The position numbers and the translations under genes are program-made. From positions 213,693-277,692 of the forward strand of contig NIVC01000181.1 of NCBI GenBank assembly GCA_002269645.1: a DNA stretch of 64,000 nt. Direction: 5' to 3'. Numbering within the stretch: the first letter of the stretch is position 1; every line of letters begins with the position of its first letter. The notes beneath the pieces are model-generated. The model did no database searches. It worked only from the letters and a program-made list of their open reading frames with translations, and had not been told where the DNA came from. Shown here piece by piece: positions 57,877 through 64,000 of this stretch. This stretch comes from Macrostomum lignano (Eukaryota).

Positions 57877-60800
57877 TCAGACGATTTCGTACAGTTCAAC
57901 GGGACCATTTTTCTCTGAGTCCGTTGGCGCTGGCGCCGTCGGCGAAGGATTCGAGGTAGCTGCTGCTGAAATGGCGTCCGCTAATTCGCCAGGTTGGCTA
58001 GCGGGAGCGACTGTGGAAGCCACGGCTGGCGTTGGTGCAGCCGAGGCAATTTCAGCTTCAAGCAGCTGCATGTAGGCCCGGTAGCGGACCAGCTCGTGCT
58101 GCAGGAAGGCCACGTGTCGTTGCCGCTCCGCGCCGCCGACAGGGCAGACAACGGGAGAGGCGGCGGCGGTGGCGGGGGTCGCCGTCGGCTGCGCTGCTGG
58201 GGAGGTGTCCGAGGGGGCATCGCCGGAAGAGGCGCCAAGAGATTGCAGTTCGCTTTTGACAGAGGCGACCTGCAGCCGGAGGCAGAAAATTATAAAAAAT
58301 GGACTCATCAAGAGACTAGCTCGCAAGCAGAGACACCTGATGGACTAACAACTCTTTGATGACCTCACTTTGACACTGCGAAACTTAAAATGAGTCCTGG
58401 TGAATCTCATACCAACCTCATGAATATAATACCGACCTCATGAATCTCACGCTGACCTCATGAATCTCATACCGACTTCATGAATCTCACGCTGACCACA
58501 TGAATCTCATACCGACTTCATGAATCTCACGCTGACCTCATGAATCTCATACCGACTTCATGAATCTCACGCTGACCACATGAATCTCATATCGACTTCA
58601 TGAATCTCACGCTGACCTCATGAATCTCATACCGACCTCATGAATCTCACGCTGACCTCATGAATCTCATACCGACTTCATGAATCTCACGCTGACCTCA
58701 TGAATCTCATACCGACTTCATGAATCTCACGCTGACCTCATGAATCTCATACCGACCTCATGAATCTCACGCTGACCTCATGAATCTCATACCGACCTCA
58801 TGAATCTCACGCTGACCTCATGAATCTCATACTGACTTCATGAATCTCATACCGACCTCATGAATCTCACGCTGACCTCATGAATCTCATACCGACCTCA
58901 TGAATCTCACGCTGACCTCATGAATCTCATACCGACTTCATGAATCTCACGCTGACCTAATGAATCTCATACCGACTTCATGAATCTCATACCGACCTCA
59001 TGAATCTCACGCTGACCTCATGAATCTCATACCGACTTCATGAATCTCACGCTGACCTCATGAATCTCATACCGACTTCATGAATCTCACGCTGACCTCA
59101 TGAATCTTATACCGACTTCATGAATCTCACGCTGACCTCATGAATCTCATACCGACTTCATGAATCTCACGCTGACCTCATGAATCTCATACCGACTTCA
59201 TGAATCTCACGCTGACCTCATGAATCTCATACCGACCTCGAAGATCTCATAACGACCTCGAAGATCTCATACCGACCTCATGAATCTCACGCTGACCTCA
59301 TAGATCTCATACTGGCATCAGAGTGACTCCATCGCTCACCTGTTCCCTAAACCGGACCAGCTGTTCAGCAATAGGCAAATTGGACGGGCCAGAAGGCAGC
59401 AACGGGCGGGCGAAGGCGCAGGCTGGCTGGCTGCCAACCGGAGCCGGCAGCGCCTGTGCGGACAGCCAAGCGGCTGCCCGATTGACGGCTTCAACCCAGG
59501 CGTCGGCGTCCGCCTGCGACGCGGCTTGAAGTAACAATTCGGCGCCGCTGGCTAATCTTAGGCGCCAGACGTGGCGCCGTTTAGTATACTCGGGCGCCGG
59601 GCCGGCCAAGGAATGATGGACGCGCAGCTCGGCGTCTGGCGAAGCGGCGGCAACGGCAGCAACTGAGTCGTCCTTGTGCATGGCCAGGCTGAGGTCTTTG
59701 AGCACGCAGTACACGCGGCGCCAGGACCGACGGCCTTTGCGCGTCCGACGCCCGCCAGAGTCGAGGATCTGTTTGAGTGGAGATGCAGGAATTCATCTAT
59801 CAATCACCTCTCCCCAGTAAAGGCTATAGGGGGACATGTAAATGCTTTATTCTCTCCCCACTTTGTGGTGACCCGTTGTGGAAATCAATAATTTTGCTTT
59901 AGGGCGCTAAAATGGGTGTCTGTTGCGCTAAAATGAGTGCCTGTGGCGCTAAAATGAGTGCCTGCGGCGCTAAAATGAGTGCCTGCGGCGCTAAAATGAG
60001 TGCCTGCGGCGCTAAAATGAGTGCCTGTGGCGCTAAAATGAGTGTCTGTGGCGCTAAAATGAGTGTCTGTGGCGCTAAAATGAGTGCCTCTGGCGCTAAA
60101 ATGAGTGCCTGTGGCGCTAAAATGAGTGCCTGTGGCGCTAAAATGAGTGTCTGTGGCGCTAAAATGAGTGCCTGCGGCGCTAAAAGGAGTGCCTGCGGCG
60201 CTAAAATGAGTGCCTGCGGCGCTAAAATGAGTGCCTGCGGCGCTAAAATGAGTGCCTGCGGCGCTCAAATGAGTGCCTACGGCGCTAAAATGAGTGCCTG
60301 TTGCGCTAAAATGAGTGCCTGTTGCGCTAAAATGAGTGCCTGTGGCGCTAAAATGAGTGTCTGTGGCGCTAAAATGAGTGTCTGTTGCGCTAAAATGAGT
60401 GCCTGTGGCGCTCAAATGAGTCTCTGCGGCGCTAAAATGAGTGCCTGTGACGCTAAAATGAGTGCCTGTTGCGCTAAAATGAGTGCCTGTGGCGCTAAAA
60501 TGAGTGCCTACAGTGCCAAAATAAGTGCCTTGCGGTGCCAAAATGAGTGCCTGTGGCGCAAAAATGAGTGCCTGCGGTGCCAAAATAAGTGCCTGCGGTG
60601 CCAAAATGAGTGCCTGTGGCGCAAAAATGAGTGCCTGCGGCGCCAAAAATAAGTGCCTGTGGCGCTAAAATGAGTTGCCTGTAGTGTCAAAATGAGTGTC
60701 TGCAGCGCCAAAAATAAGTGCCTGTGGCGCTGAAATAAGTGCCTGCGGCGCTAAAATGAGTGCGTGCGGCGCTAAAATGAGCGCTGACAACATTAAATCT

Positions 60801-62064
60801 CAAAATAATGTAAATAAACTTAGTACTAAATAGATGACGAGGCATTCCGCCTTAAAAATACAGTTATAGCTACTCATGGCGTTTACCTAAAGTTACGTTA
60901 ATTTTTGTTTGCTTCTTTCATAGGTAAGGACTCTAGCTGTTCCCGCCTGACTCAGCGCTTACACCTATAACTTGGCAACAATACAGAAATCCAACTCACG
61001 TGCTTCCTAACCAAGAAGCCCTTTCGAAATTCGATGCCGGGACCGTTGCTGCCGCCGCCGCCGCCGTTGCCATCGCCGGTCGCCAAGCCCGGATTGCTGA
61101 GCCCGGCCGTGTCGCCAGCAGCGCCTGCCGAGCCTGATTGGCCGTCGCTGACACCGGGTTGGCCTGGCGGCGCACAGGTGGTCGACTTGACAGTCGCAGC
61201 AGCTGCAGCAGCCGCCGATCCGGCCGCTGCATCAGCGGAATCGATGGGTCCCAAACCGGCTGGCTGGAGGATAGGCTGAGACTTAATAGCCTGATAGAGC
61301 GACTTCAGCACCTCCCTGGGATAATTCTGGCCTTCGTTTAAATTAGCCAAATTGTCAATAAACTGCTGGCTAGTCATTCTCTGGCCAATAGCTCCGTGTA
61401 GGTCTTTGTTCAGCAGCAGCAGGGCGCAGGCTAGGGTGTGACAAGAGTCGGCAGTGGGATAGCTATCGGGATTGCAGCGCAGGTAGGACTTGGCAAAGTG
61501 CAGCAATACCCGCTCCTGATCGGCCGTTTCGCCTTGCAGACAAAATCTGCTAAGAAATTTCCTCAACGCTGTGTCCAAAGTGTCGTCGCTAAAGTCGAAC
61601 AGAGCGGCGTACTCTTCGCCAACCAGAGTGTTGAAATCGTTTTTACGGGACAGGTGCTTCGCTACGTCAGTGTGCCGGAAGCCCTCTAGCAGAAACAGAC
61701 GCTTAGCCAGACGCCTGGCCGCTTCTCTGTCTGCCGCTTTTGGCGGCTGATGATAAATACTCTCGGCTAGGGACTCGGAGTCCGAGCTGCTGTCCTCCTG
61801 ACCGTCTGGCGGAGTGCGCGGATCTTCCGGCTCCAGCTCGTTGCCGCTGCCGCTGCCGCCATTGCAGTCAACAATGGACGGCTGTCTTGAAACGGACACC
61901 AACTGATCTTCATCCTCAGACTCTTCGTTATCAACAGGATCCGGGCCAGTTACAATTATGTCGGGCTTGGAGGCTTCATCCATGAAGGCCAGGCCGTTGC
62001 CGTCTGCATTCAACAGCTCCTCGATGGTGGCAGCATTGGCGGATGATTGCTCAGCTTGAGTCAT
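57877..62064 (-). CDS. PSD: PH and Sec7 domain-containing ARF6 GEF (PSD/EFA6 family); exons 61000-62064, 59340-59768, 57877-58269; about 628 aa
   Basis: AARRLAKRLFLLEGF, FCLQGETADQERVL (Sec7 catalytic Glu), ALLLLNKDLHG. PH domain GFLVRKH|ILDSGGRRTRKGRRSWRRVYCVLK...LLLQA...W. C-terminal FLQHELVRYRAY. Both introns are phase 0. Confidence 0.93.
58405..59310. repeat. 20-bp minisatellite with alternating A/B variants (40-bp higher-order repeat)
   Basis: TCATGAATCTCATACCGACT alternates with TCATGAATCTCACGCTGACC. Confidence 0.95.
59903..60785. repeat. 21-bp minisatellite in PSD intron 1
   Basis: Unit GCGCTAAAATGAGTGCCTGTG. Confidence 0.95.
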
Positions 62065-64000
62065 GATGGGAAAGAGAGATTAGGGCTTTATTATTGAATT
62101 TTAATAATTAGATTTTTTTTTTGGTCGGCAACTGGCCCAAGAACCTGCCAGTGCAAGATTGCGGCAAGCCTTGGCTGCGCAATGCTGCAGGAATTGCAAA
62201 TTTGAATTGCTTTCTTAATATGCTAATAAGAGCCTGGGATAATGTGTCAGTGTTGGAACTCGCCATCTCATAAGCTCACAATCTCAAAACTATGCATCCT
62301 GGTTTGTTTACATGCAAGGTCACATTTGTTTGTAGCTTGTGCACAAAATTAGCTTTTGAGGTTGTTGTGCAATTCACAGTCATGAAATCTGGCCCTTAAA
62401 ACAGAGTGTACATGCCTAATGATAGGAAAGTCAGAGCTGCAGTACACTATGGTTGCGTGTGTTCAGGAGTCAGGAATGGATACAACTGTCCCACTATATA
62501 TTGTGTGCTTTAAAAACAATTTTTTAAAACTGATTGCCTAAATCTGGCTGAACAAAAAAGTTAAATTTCAGATTCTGATTCTCCTAGACTAGAATGTAAA
62601 TTCTTTAAATTGATTGGCTAGATGACAGCTTCAAAATAAAAAAAATTATGCTATATTTATTACACTAATTAAAATCATAAAATAGATACTAATCCCTAGG
62701 GCCTGATCAATTCATTGCAGCATGGCAACACTACTGACCTATAGAACTAAGGAATCTGCTATCTAGAAGTGCCCTCTTTAGACTGTGCCTTCATATACCA
62801 TATATATATGAATATTTATATCCTATGAAGCAGATTGTCAAAAAAATTATCTATAACAAAGACAGTGTATTTTATAAATATAATAAAAGCTGAAACTTAA
62901 GCCTTTAGTAGCAATATTATATAATAGCTTCAATGGACTATACAACTATTGTGAAAACAATGAAGGCCTTTATCACTATGCTTTGCTTTGGTAATTGGCA
63001 TTAGGGACAGATTTAGGGAGGGAGGGAAAATGGCTATCTCCCTATTTCCCCAATAGCTTGATAAGGCATATTTGCACCCCCTAAAAGCCAAAGTTTGTGT
63101 CCTTTAAACTTGCTTTTTTGCCCTTTTACACATACATGTTTTGCACCCCTAAGCTTGATTTTTTGCCCTTTACATGTATGCCAATCATATATTTGTTACA
63201 TTATGACAACTTGCTATTATACAAATAACTATGCTACTTATTTGTTATTCTTTGTTAACCTATTACTTATTTAGTGATTTTAACAATAACATTAATTTAC
63301 TGACTGATTAATGACTTTATAGATTCAGCTGCCTTGAAATGTCCTTTGGGTATTTACTTCTATCCAATGCTTTAATCATAAGCCAATAATAGTATTTGTT
63401 TAATAGCCTATAGTCTACAATTCTAGGGCTAATCTTGCTCCTTCATAATCATAGTACCTATTAATAAAGCTATATCATGGACCAAATAAAATGCTACTGC
63501 TACTAGCCTTGCTACTATAGACAAGAGCTCATTACAGATTATAGCAAATGTATAATGTATATTAGATTTTTAAATTAAATATATATAATCCCAAATGGCT
63601 GCAAAAGCTATATTAAATATATTGGGTGTTGCAAAAAAACTTGACACTTTGTCTTTAGACTTTTATTTTAAAAATATTGCATGACCTTTTTAGCATAAAT
63701 TCTTGTGTCATCTTAACATGCATAAACTTGAGAATCAGTGGCAAATAGTGCAAGTGCTAAAAATTTACACATTTGACCATAGCCCACAAAAAAATAGAAG
63801 CCAGAAGGCACAATGTCAGCTCTGCTCAATGCAGGCATATCAATGATAGACATTGCTTATTCAATTGGCATGAATTGGTTGGCTGAGAACATGTCATTCT
63901 GGGACAATCCTTCTAGCCACCATAGTCATTGGATTTAAACCCATTGGACTTTGCCATCTGGGTGCATATAGAGTCCAAGGCTTGCACTATTTGCCACCCC

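Noticed and set aside
1-60785. Tandem arrays as CRISPR arrays
   Set aside because: Units are head-to-tail with no unique spacers, there are no cas genes, and the context is eukaryotic.

Overview
Eukaryotic (animal) genomic DNA with GC-rich exons, GT-AG introns and AT-rich spacers. Almost every intron holds its own minisatellite. The style resembles a free-living flatworm such as Macrostomum (inference only). Host genes: ZPR1 (runs off the left edge), SH3BP5-like, VDAC, a tandem-BTB KCTD, a 9-exon atypical soluble guanylate cyclase ending in a Dpy-30 motif, an intronless DHCR7, a divergent polycystin/TRPP channel and a PSD/EFA6 Sec7-PH GEF. The standout is a young 10.7-kb Ty3/Gypsy LTR element (27171-37876; two 1076-bp LTRs; CAAG target-site duplication) in intron 2 of the cyclase. 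It carries a herpesvirus gB-like (class III) envelope glycoprotein BETWEEN gag and protease, apparently as one Gag-Env-PR-RT-RH-IN polyprotein broken by three -1 shifts. A small ORF with a myristoylation motif and a RING-like pattern follows the integrase. Also present: two copies of a TIR MITE, a LINE 3' fragment, RFX X-boxes over two start codons and an E-box/CCAAT array. No rRNA, tRNA or CRISPR found. Splice sites and motifs were assigned by eye; no database searches were run.
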